This document shows, piece by piece, positions 55,093-64,000 of a stretch of 64,000 nucleotides of DNA. The notes under the pieces are model-generated. The model ran no database searches. It saw only the letters and a list, made by a program, of their open reading frames with translations, and was not told where the DNA came from. Source of the DNA: Selaginella moellendorffii (lineage: Eukaryota > Plantae > Lycopodiophyta); the NCBI RefSeq assembly GCF_000143415.4, contig NW_003314307.1, forward strand, positions 1,447,928-1,511,927. Direction: 5' to 3'. How positions within the stretch are numbered: the stretch's first letter is position 1; each line of letters begins with the position of its first letter. The position numbers and the translations under genes were made by a program.

Positions 55093-55281
55093 TTTAGGCG
55101 CGTTTAGGCGTTTAGGGTCAAAGACACCCCGTGGTGTTGCAATCCGGCGAGATCGCGGCACCACTTTGTGCAATCCACATTCTCCGTGTGCCGTTGTCGA
55201 AACGGCATGATTGAGAGCAAGTAGAGGAGGCAAAGGAATGAATTTTCATTCATTCGTGAGCGAGGGAGAGGACAAGAGACA

Positions 55282-55324
55282 ACCCGAGACCGGTTTCGTC
55301 CTTTTTGGGACTCATCAGCCGGGT
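55282..55324 (-). ncRNA. Type I hammerhead ribozyme
   Basis: ACCCGG-CUGAUGA-GUCC(CAAAAA)GGAC-GAAA-CCG-GUC^UCGGGU. Confidence 0.93.
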
Positions 55325-55476
55325 GTAGTCGTCTAGTGTCTACCCTAACCCTAGCTCGGTGCCGACTCTACTTATATTTTGGCTCTGTCACGTGGCGCGA
55401 GTCCGTGTGGCGGCCATGCGAAGTGGCGTGGCAGCGTTGGCTCGCGAGGGTGCGAACGTAGCACAGCTGGTGTTGG

Positions 55477-56436
55477 TTACTCCACAGCAGTGGTAGTCGC
55501 GGAGAATGACTTCGGCGGATCGAGAATGACTTCTGCAGTCAAAGGGCCAGGGTTGGCAGGGAGGACCCCGTGCGGGTAGGCTCCACGGTCCCGTAGGAGG
55601 GACTCAAACGTATCCTGGAATTGAGATCTGACGTAGCGATATGGAAAGTTTGCCACGTAAAAAGAGCGGAGGTCTCTCTGATGGCGTGGGGCTCGAAGTG
55701 CACGTGGCAGATCCGGCATGGGGAACCGGCACATTGGCTGGACAGCCACGTGTTCCACATGCGCCACGTGCTCGGTGCCCTCAGCCTGGGAAACCTCCTG
55801 CTCCGATGTTGGGCTGTCGCAATTCGCCGTGGGTGATGCTGCCGTGTTTGCCATGCAGCGCTCCTGTGCAGCAGAGTGTGGACCGTGTCTCATACTCTGC
55901 TGCAGCCTGCTCATGTCAGGGCTGCGCGCCACAGAGTCCGAGGAGTTCTGTGGTGTGGCCGTGTCAGAGGAGGTGGGAGGTCGCTGCAATGCCGAACATA
56001 GTGCCTCGTTGCAGAAAAAGTTGGCAACACTCGAAAGAGTGTCGTCTTGCTCCAGGTTCTCCAAACGCGTCTCAATGTGAGCCGTGATGACACGCGTAGT
56101 GCGGAGCCGCAGCGCACGTCTAGTGTCCAGAACTCGCTTGAGGTACGGCGAGAGTGGTCGGTGCGACGCACGTTCGTCGTAGATGGCCTCAGCGAGGAGC
56201 TGGGAGTGTTCACGCGACGAGGTAGCTCGTGACGTGGTTCCCAGCTCAGATTGGAGCACTGGAGCTGGAGGAACTGGAGCGTAACCTGTCTCTGCAGTAG
56301 TCATGGCGTGGTTGGAGCTCCCTGGTGCTGCTGGCCCTGGTGGCATGAGCGGTGAGGGGTCCATGACGTCGTGACTGTCTGGTATAGGCACTAGAGCAGC
56401 AGATGGTAAAGGTGGCAGTGGCGTCGCTGGCATCAC
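55477..56436 (-). CDS. Hypothetical 319-aa protein carried by unit B
   Basis: Sense to the element; Pro/Ser-rich N-terminus and helical core (HSQLLAEAIYDER...IETRLENLEQ); no family recognised. Confidence 0.45.
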   Translation of the reverse strand: MMPATPLPPLPSAALVPIPDSHDVMDPSPLMPPGPAAPGSSNHAMTTAETGYAPVPPAPVLQSELGTTSRATSSREHSQLLAEAIYDERASHRPLSPYLKRVLDTRRALRLRTTRVITAHIETRLENLEQDDTLSSVANFFCNEALCSALQRPPTSSDTATPQNSSDSVARSPDMSRLQQSMRHGPHSAAQERCMANTAASPTANCDSPTSEQEVSQAEGTEHVAHVEHVAVQPMCRFPMPDLPRALRAPRHQRDLRSFYVANFPYRYVRSQFQDTFESLLRDRGAYPHGVLPANPGPLTAEVILDPPKSFSATTTAVE

Positions 56437-57059
56437 TGGGCGTCACTGGTGGCAGCCGTAGTGCTGGGGACAGCCACGGTGCTAGAGACGCTGCGCGGCG
56501 CTGGGCGGCGCGGGGCGGTACCGGGCGGTACCGGGCGGTACCGCGCGTCACTGGGCGGTGCCGGGCGGTACGAGCGGTACCGCGCGTCGCTGGGTGAGGC
56601 CGGGCGGTACCGGGCGGTACCGGGCGGTGTCGCGCGTCGCTGGGTGGTGCGCGGCGCGCGTGGAGCGGCCCTGGGCGGCGTGCAGCAGTGCGTAGCAGCC
56701 CGTGGTGCTGCTTGGCGCTGCTGGGCCGGCCAAGCCGCGGCGCGTTGGGCGGCGAGTGCTCGCCCAAGCGTTGGGTGTGGCCGCCGCGGGCGGCTGGCCG
56801 AGATGTGGCAGCCGCGGCAGCTGCTGGCGTTGGCGGCAGCTGTAGCTGCTGGCGTTGGCAGCGGCTGTGGCTGGCGCTGGCTGGGTCGCCGGCTGCTGCT
56901 GCTGGCAGGGCCGATTTTTTCTGCTGTTAGCCCCAAGCAAGAAAAACGGAAAAGGCCCTGCCTCCAGAGAGGAGGAGAGGGCAGGGCAGACCTTGAGCCG
57001 TAGACTGGCAAGCTCAGAAACAGCTGCTGCGCTCACGTGCTTTCTCACGTGCTAAAACC

Positions 57060-57170
57060 GGTTTAGGGTTTAGGGTTTAGGGTTTTAGGGTTTAGGGTTT
57101 AGGGTTTAGGGTTTAGGGTTTTAGGGTTTAGGGTTTAGGGTTTAGGGGTTTAGGGTTTAGGGTTTAGGGT
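57060..57170 (+). repeat. TTTAGGG spacer
   Basis: About 15 repeats with T4/G4 variants. Confidence 0.97.
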
Positions 57171-57258
57171 TTTAGGCGCGTTTAGGCGTTTAGGGTCAAA
57201 GACACCCCGTGGTGTTGCAATCCGGCGAGATTGCGGCACCACTTTGTGCAATCCACAT
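57171..57258 (-). mobile_element. PLE unit C (88-bp head only)
   Basis: Head truncated at ATCCACAT. Confidence 0.9.
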
Positions 57259-57371
57259 CCCTAAAACCCTAAACCCTAAACCGGTTTAGGGTTTCCGGTT
57301 TTAGGGTTTAGGGTTTAGGGTTTACCGGTTTTAGGGTTTAGGGTTTAGGGTTTAGGGTTTAGGGTTTAGGA

Positions 57372-57801
57372 TTTAGGCGCGTTTAGGCGTTTAGGGTCAA
57401 AGACACCCCGTGGTGTTGCAATCCGGCGAGATCGCGGCACCACTTTGTGCAATCCACATTCTCCGTGTGCCGTTGTCGAAACGGCGTGATTGAGAGCAAG
57501 TAGAGGAGGCAAAGGAATGAATTTTCATTCATTCGTGAGCGAGGGAGAGGACAAGAGACAACCCGAGACCGGTTTCGTCCTTTTTGGGACTCATCAGCCG
57601 GGTGTAGTCGTCTAGTGTCTACCCTAACCCTAGCTCGGTGCCGACTCTACTTATATTTTGGCTCTGTCACGTGGCGCGAGTCCGTGTGGCGGCCATGCGA
57701 GGTGGCGTGGCAGCGTTGGCTCGCGAGGGTGCGAACGTAGCACAGCTGGTGTTGGTTACTCCACAGCAGTGGTAGTCGCGGAGAATGACTTCGGCAGATC
57801 G
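57372..57801 (-). mobile_element. PLE unit D (head + hammerhead)
   Basis: Same head, truncated at GGCAGATCG and capped by TTTAGGG. Confidence 0.9.
57561..57603 (-). ncRNA. Type I hammerhead ribozyme
   Basis: Core identical to 55282-55324. Confidence 0.93.
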
Positions 57802-57901
57802 GTTTTAGGGTTTAGGGTTTAGGGTTTAGGGTTTAGGGTTTAGGGTTTAGGGTTTAGGGTTTAGGTTTAGGGTTTAGGGTTTACCGGTTCAGGGTTTAGG
57901 A

Positions 57902-58838
57902 TTTAGGCGCGTTTAGGCGTTTAGGGTCACAGACACCCCGCGGTGCTGCAATCCGGCGAGATCGCGGCACCACTTTGTGCAATCCACATTCTCCGTGTGC
58001 CGTTGTCGAAACGGCGTGATCGAGAGCAAGTAGAGGAGGCGAGGGAATGAATTTTCATTCATTCGTGAGCGAGGGAGAGGACAAGAGACAACCCGAGACC
58101 GGTTTCGTCCTTTTTGGGACTCATCAGCCGGGTGTAGTCGTCTAGTGTCTACCCTAACCCTAGCTCGGCGCCGACTCTACTTATATTTTGGCTCTGTCAC
58201 GTGGCGCGAGTCCGTGTGGCGGCCATGCGAAGTGGCGTGGCAGCGTTGACTCGCGAGGTTGCAAACGTAGCACAGCTGGTGTTGGTTACTCCATAGCAGT
58301 GGTAGTCGCGGAGAATGACTTCGGCGGATCGCCGAAGACAGTAAGCGTTCAGCCGGCAGGTGACGTACCTTTGACGCAAGATAACTTGTAAACGCAGCAT
58401 GATATGATGCATGCGTTACGTCCACAATGCTTGTGTCACTCGTACGTACCCGGCGACGAAAAACGTGGTCCACTTTGCAGGGAATATTCTGAGAATATTC
58501 CGTCGTTGACCGTTGACCCCGCGTTGACCGTGTGTGGACTGGGATGGTGGAGGGCCTGAGGTCACTCATACATACCCGAAGTCCAGCGGTGGTGCAGGGG
58601 AGAGCCATCCCGCGAGCTGTCGGCGTGCATCGCCGATGTCAAAGGAGCGGTACCGTTTTAACGGAATACACGCTTTTCAACGAATCGTGTGTGGAGTTCA
58701 GAGTTGAAACTCACATATTCACGATCGGAAGGAAGAGCGGAATCCAACGGTATATGCCGTTTTGACTCGGTCAACAGGGATACAGTCGGAATATTGGGGA
58801 ATATTCCGTTCTGTGTCGGAATATTGGGGAATATTCCG
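57902..58838 (-). mobile_element. PLE unit E (5'-truncated)
   Basis: Near-identical to the first ~0.9 kb of unit F (offset 986); ends with a short duplication of GTCGGAATATTGGGGAATATTCCGTT before telomere repeats. Confidence 0.9.
58091..58133 (-). ncRNA. Type I hammerhead ribozyme
   Basis: Identical core. Confidence 0.93.
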
Positions 58839-59076
58839 TTTAGGGTTTAGGGTTTAGGGTTTAGGGTTTAGGGTTTAGGGTTTAGGGTTTAGGCGCGTTT
58901 AGGCGTTTAGGGTCAAAGACACCCCGCGGTGCTGCAATCCGGCGAGATCGCGGCACCACTTTGTGCAATCCACATTCTCCGTGTGCCGTTGTCGAAACGG
59001 CGTGATCGAGAGCAAGTAGAGGAGGCGAGGGAATGAATTTTCATTCATTCGTGAGCGAGGGAGAGGACAAGAGACA

Positions 59077-59119
59077 ACCCGAGACCGGTTTCGTCCTTTT
59101 TGGGACTCATCAGCCGGGT
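59077..59119 (-). ncRNA. Type I hammerhead ribozyme
   Basis: Identical core. Confidence 0.93.
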
Positions 59120-59965
59120 GTAGTCGTCTAGTGTCTACCCTAACCCTAGCTCGGCGCCGACTCTACTTATATTTTGGCTCTGTCACGTGGCGCGAGTCCG
59201 TGTGGCGGCCATGCGAAGTGGCGTGGCAGCGTTGACTCGCGAGGTTGCAAACGTAGCACAGCTGGTGTTGGTTACTCCACAGCAGTGGTAGTCGCGGAGA
59301 ATGACTTCGGCGGATCGCCGAAGACAGTAAGCGTTCAGCCGGCAGGTGACGTACCTTTGACGCAAGATAACTTGTAAACGCAGCATGATATGATGCATGC
59401 GTTACGTCCACAATGCTTGTGTCACTCGTACGTACCCGGCGACGAAAAACGTGGTCCACTTTGCAGGGAATATTCTGAGAATATTCCGTCGTTGACCGTT
59501 GACCCCGCGTTGACCGTGTGTGGACTGGGATGGTGGAGGGCCTGAGGTCACTCATACATACCCGAAGTCCAGCGGTGGTGCAGGGGAGAGCCATCCCGCG
59601 AGCTGTCGGCGTGCATCGCCGATGTCAAAGGAGCGGTACCGTTTTAACGGAATACACGCTTTTCAACGAATCGTGTGTGGAGTTCAGAGTTGAAACTCAC
59701 ATATTCACGATCGGAAGGAAGAGCGGAATCCAACGGTATATGCCGTTTTGACTCGGTCAACAGGGATACAGTCGGAATATTGGGGAATATTCCGTTCTGA
59801 CCGTTGACTCCGCGTTGACCGGGCGTTGACTCGAAAAGGGGGGTGGCCTGGAGCGACTTTGGACATACCTGAAGTCCATCGGCCAGACCCTGGGAGTCAT
59901 CGGGTACGCGGGGAAGGATGCAAACATATGCTTCCGTGTCTTGCAAAGTGTGGTACAAGACATGG

Positions 59966-60643
59966 CTAAGCTCGCGGAGGGAGCTTGGCCCTGACCAGGA
60001 ACGAACCGAGGTTCGGGGAGCGTCTCCAGCACGTAATCACTCGGGGGAGTGTGTCTGCGGGAGCTTCATCCATCACCTGTTTAGGGTTTAGGATGTCCCC
60101 CAAGCCTAGCTGCGTGCTGTGAAGCATGTAGGGGAGCTTAAAGGCGAGGGGGGTCCGTCGACAAGCGTCGCTAGAGCGGCGCGAGCGTGGAAGGAGAGCT
60201 TCATGTCGCTGATCAGAGGAGATGCTGGAGAGGCAGTGTTGGAGGAAGGAGATCGGGTGTCCCCAGACACAGAGGCGGTGGTAGAACCACGTGCACATGG
60301 CATGGAATCCATTGGCCGTGCTCTCACGGAGGAGGTATCTCCGGAGCTCGCTGCGGATAAATGCCACTTTCTGGTGCCATGGGTGAACCGACGTCCAGGG
60401 GAGGTACTGGTAGGCGTTGAGGGGCTTCTGGAACGTGGACGAGTCGAGGCAGCGTGTCTCTTCAAAGTGAGGGCCTTTGAAGAAGTGGATATCGAGGATA
60501 TCCAGGATATCCAACTCCTCGAGCAGGATCACCGAGGTGATCTTGATCGAGGGACGAAGCGTGCCATATCCTCGGAGCCATCGTTCGAGGCCTGCTCGTG
60601 TACCTGTCCAAGTGCTCACTCCGTCATCTGTGTACCTCCGTAG
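59966..60643 (-). pseudogene. PLE RT C-terminal half (YTDD to thumb), no endonuclease
   Basis: YTDD at 60623-60634 in frame with ORF 59966-60619 (QYLPWTSVHP, SELRRY, WRRSPNLGSFLVRAKL); N-terminal RT motifs not found. Confidence 0.87.
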
Positions 60644-62875
60644 ATGGAAGGGCGATTTGTTGGTTGTGTCGAGGCACTCGTCGAGTCTGTGGGGACAGTG
60701 TTGAGCGTGGTGCCATGGACGCGCAGAGCAGAGCCAGGTGCAGAGGTGACGGTGGCTGCTGCGCTGGGCCAGGTCCTGGAGAGCGTTAAGGCGAGAGGGC
60801 TCGCTGCTCTGTTCCAGTGGCAGGGGCTGGCTTGGGTGGCGATTGCAAGGGATCCGGCATCAGAGGTGGTGAGAGAGCCCGTGCCATCGGCATAGTGCCT
60901 GGCTTTGCAGTTGCAGGGCCAGTGCTAGCACTGGTGATTGCAGGGGATCCATGGCAGATTGGATTTTTGGCAGCGTTGTGGCAATGTCTAGGCAGCTTGG
61001 GTGCTCTGAGTGGCAGGGAGCATTCCCATTGGCATCTTTGGTGATCCTTTGGTGGTGCCAAGGCAACATACCAAAGGGGCACAAAAAGCCTTTGTGAGGG
61101 ATTTGCTGTGCCATACCCAGGTCAGGGGAGCTGGGCTGCGCTAGACGTCGAAAAGACTGCAGAGTGGAGATGTCAAGCTAGCTCCCAAACTCTTAGTGGC
61201 CGTGAGCAGCTCCAGGTGGGGATCTTTTGTGGCGCTCTGGTGGCAGAACGCAGCGCGCAGAGGCCAGTGTGAATGCCCAGCCTGGAGACATGTTGTGCCA
61301 GACCCGTGCGAGGGGAGTGAGGGGCATCGTGCCAGAGATCACAACAGCTTTGTGGTGATGTCTGGGTGGCACGGGTGCTCTCAACAGCAGGGAGCAGTCC
61401 CCTTAGCATTTTTGGAAATCCCTTGGTGGTGCCGAAGCAGCAGCCGAGGGGGGCCAAAAAGCCTTTGTGGGGCATTTGCTATGCCGGACCTGAGTCGGGG
61501 GAGCTGGGCCGCACCAGATGCCAGAAAAGCTGTTGTGTGGAGATGCCAAGCTAGCTCCAAGACTCTTAATGGCTCCAGGCGGGGATTTTTTTGGCGTCTT
61601 GGCAGTGAGGTGCAGCGCATGGGGGCCTACGTAAATGCCCGGCCTGGAGCCGCTGGGCGGCACTGGACTGTACCGCCTGTCTCTGGAAGTACTGCGTGTC
61701 GCTGGGCAGTGCCGCGCGTCACTGTGCAGTACCGCGCGTCGCTGGGCGGTGCCGCACGTCACTGTGCAGTACCATGCGTCGCTGGCGGTACAGCACATCG
61801 CTGGGCGGTGCTGGGCACACGTGAGCAGCACTGGGCGGCACGGGGCGGCACTAGGCAGTACGCAGCGGCTCTGGGCAGCACGTGGCGGCCCTGAGCAGCG
61901 TGCGGTCGTGCCTGGCACAGTGGAGCACTGCTGGGCAGCGCTGGTGGTGCTGCTGGGCAGCGGCTGGCCGGGATGCGGTGCTGACGGGCTGGGCCACGAC
62001 GAGCCACAGAGCTGGCGCTTTGGGCGGCGAGTGCTGGCCCAAGTGCTCGCTGTGGCGGTCGCTGGAGGCCGGCCGTGGCACAGCTGGCTGGCCGGCTGGC
62101 ACAGCAGCCGCGGCAGCTGTTGGTGTTCGCAAGCCGCGGGCTGCTGCGATGGCTGGCGCTGCCTGCGTCAGCGGCTGTTGCTGCTGGAGCAGCTGGCTGT
62201 GGTGGCCTGGGCCGTGGCGTGCTCAAGACGCAGCGGCCATGCTCCCGTAGCTTCCTCTACCATTGCCAAAAACCAAGTGCTAGGACTTAGAAATTTCTGG
62301 CAACTCAAAGGCTGAGCGTTTGAGCCGTTGGATTTGTGCGATCCGACGGTGGAGGAGAGAGGAGAGGGGAGCGTGAGTCAGCCTTTGCAATGGCTGTTGT
62401 TGTTGCAAAGGCTTCTCCCATGGTGGATTTTGGTGAGGCACAGCAATTGCTATGGTGATCTCTGGGGCTCTGTGTGGCAGGGAGCAGCTCCCTTGGCATT
62501 TTTGATGATCTCTTGGTGGTGCCAAGGCACTGGACCAAAAGGGGCAAAAAGCCTTTGTGGGGAGTTTGCTATGCCAGACACGATTCAGAGGAGCTGGGCC
62601 GCAGGAAACACCAAAAAGATTGTTGTGTCGAGAAGCCAAGCTAGTTCCCGGACTCTTAGTGGCAGTGAGCAGCTCCAGGCAGGGATTTTTTGTGGCGCTG
62701 TGGCGGCGAGGTGTGGCACACAGGGGCCAACGCAAATGCCTGGCTTGGGGACTTGCTGTGCCAGACCCTGGCGAGGGGAGAGAAGGGCACATGGCTGGTT
62801 TCTCGACATGGGTTTAGGGTTTAGGGTTTAGGGTTTAGGGTTTAGGGTTTAGGGTTTAGGGTTTAGGGTTTAGGG

Positions 62876-63080
62876 TTTAGGCGCGTTTAGGCGTTTAGGG
62901 TCAAAGACACCCCGCGGTGCTGCAATCCGGCGAGATCGCAGCACCACTTTGTGCAATCCACATTCTCCGTGTGCCGTTGTCGAAACGGCGTGATCGAGAG
63001 CAAGTAGAGGAGGCGAGGGAATGAATTTTCATTCATTCGTGAGCGAGGGAGAGGACAAGAGACAACCCGAGACCGGTTTC
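62876..63080 (-). mobile_element. PLE unit G, truncated inside the hammerhead
   Basis: Ends GAGACCGGTTTC, then CGGTTTAGGG repeats. Confidence 0.9.
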
Positions 63081-63139
63081 CGGTTTAGGGTTTAGGGTTT
63101 AGGGTTTAGGGTTTAGGGTTTAGGGTTTAGGGTTTAGGG

Positions 63140-63569
63140 TTTAGGCGCGTTTAGGCGTTTAGGGTCAAAGACACCCCGTGGTGTTGCAATCCGGCGAGAT
63201 CGCGGCACCACTTTGTGCAATCCACATTCTCCGTGTGCCGTTGTCGAAACGGCGTGATTGAGAGCAAGTAGAGGAGGCAAAGGAATGAATTTTCATTCAT
63301 TCGTGAGCGAGGGAGAGGACAAGAGACAACCCGAGACCGGTTTCGTCCTTTTTGGGACTCATCAGCCGGGTGTAGTCGTCTAGTGTCTACCCTAACCCTA
63401 GCTCGGTGCCGACTCTACTTATATTTTGGCTCTGTCACGTGGCGCGAGTCCGTGTGGCGGCCATGCGAGGTGGCGTGGCAGCGTTGGCTCGCGAGGGTGC
63501 GAACGTAGCACAGCTGGTGTTGGTTACTCCACAGCAGTGGTAGTCGCGGAGAATGACTTCGGCAGATCG
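63140..63569 (-). mobile_element. PLE unit H (copy of unit D)
   Basis: Same endpoints and diagnostic bases as 57372-57801. Confidence 0.9.
63329..63371 (-). ncRNA. Type I hammerhead ribozyme
   Basis: Identical core. Confidence 0.93.
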
Positions 63570-63669
63570 GTTTTAGGGTTTAGGGTTTAGGGTTTAGGGT
63601 TTAGGGTTTAGGGTTTAGGGTTTAGGGTTTAGGTTTAGGGTTTAGGGTTTACCGGTTCAGGGTTTAGGA

Positions 63670-64000
63670 TTTAGGCGCGTTTAGGCGTTTAGGGTCACAG
63701 ACACCCCGCGGTGCTGCAATCCGGCGAGATCGCGGCACCACTTTGTGCAATCCACATTCTCCGTGTGCCGTTGTCGAAACGGCGTGATCGAGAGCAAGTA
63801 GAGGAGGCGAGGGAATGAATTTTCATTCATTCGTGAGCGAGGGAGAGGACAAGAGACAACCCGAGACCGGTTTCGTCCTTTTTGGGACTCATCAGCCGGG
63901 TGTAGTCGTCTAGTGTCTACCCTAACCCTAGCTCGGCGCCGACTCTACTTATATTTTGGCTCTGTCACGTGGCGCGAGTCCGTGTGGCGGCCATGCGAAG
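63670..64000 (-). mobile_element. PLE unit I (copy of unit E, runs off the window)
   Basis: Carries the GGTCACAGAC variant otherwise unique to E. Confidence 0.9.
63859..63901 (-). ncRNA. Type I hammerhead ribozyme
   Basis: Identical core. Confidence 0.93.

Larger units (their letters stand above)
55093..57059 (-). mobile_element. Telomeric PLE-type unit B (same head, different body)
   Basis: Head near-identical to about 55522, then a body lacking the RT remnant; capped by TTTAGGG. Confidence 0.88.
58888..62810 (-). mobile_element. PLE unit F (3.9 kb, non-autonomous, paralogous to A)
   Basis: Head, hammerhead, RT remnant, internal GC-rich subrepeats, telomere cap from 62811. Confidence 0.9.

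Noticed and set aside
57259-57294. Telomere-telomere fusion site
   Set aside because: The order is CCCTAAA then TTTAGGG, opposite to an end-to-end fusion, and array polarity is unchanged on both sides.
53140-62831. Numerous 60-240 aa ORFs in the GC-rich PLE bodies
   Set aside because: Low complexity, present on both strands, frames not conserved between units A and F.
54974-64000. Repeat-spacer pattern resembling CRISPR
   Set aside because: The repeats are telomeric tracts, the intervening units are homologous to each other, and there are no cas genes; the context is eukaryotic.

Overview
Plant chromosome end. Selaginella (lycophyte) is my inference, from TTTAGGG telomeres, introns of about 50-60 nt, dense gene packing and PPR style. 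(1) 1-19.5 kb is decayed TE chromatin: a Ty3/gypsy RNaseH remnant, a Helitron RepHel pseudogene interrupted by a 595-bp TRIM, LTR remnants, and an intron-containing bacterial-type (beta-class N4/N6) DNA methyltransferase gene between two inverted minisatellite arms. (2) 19.8-36.4 kb is a compact gene island: 2-Cys peroxiredoxin, DUF1195, EXO70A, PLS-PPR, plasma-membrane H+-ATPase, an ABM-like plastid protein, SAE1 and SRPK. (3) 37.5-43 kb holds a Crinkler-like NTPase-REase gene bracketed by a duplication of the SRPK 3' region. (4) 44.2-64 kb is a telomeric retroelement array. Nine co-oriented, 5'-truncated Penelope-like (PLE) units each start with the same variant-telomere priming head and are separated by TTTAGGG tracts. 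Seven carry a complete minus-strand type I hammerhead ribozyme and one a truncated one. The units are non-autonomous (RT remnant or an unrelated ORF). An L1/Tx1-like LINE with intact ORF2 sits in the first unit with an 18-bp TSD that coincides with an RNA hairpin just downstream of the ribozyme. A two-unit block, including its telomeric spacer, is repeated 5768 bp away.
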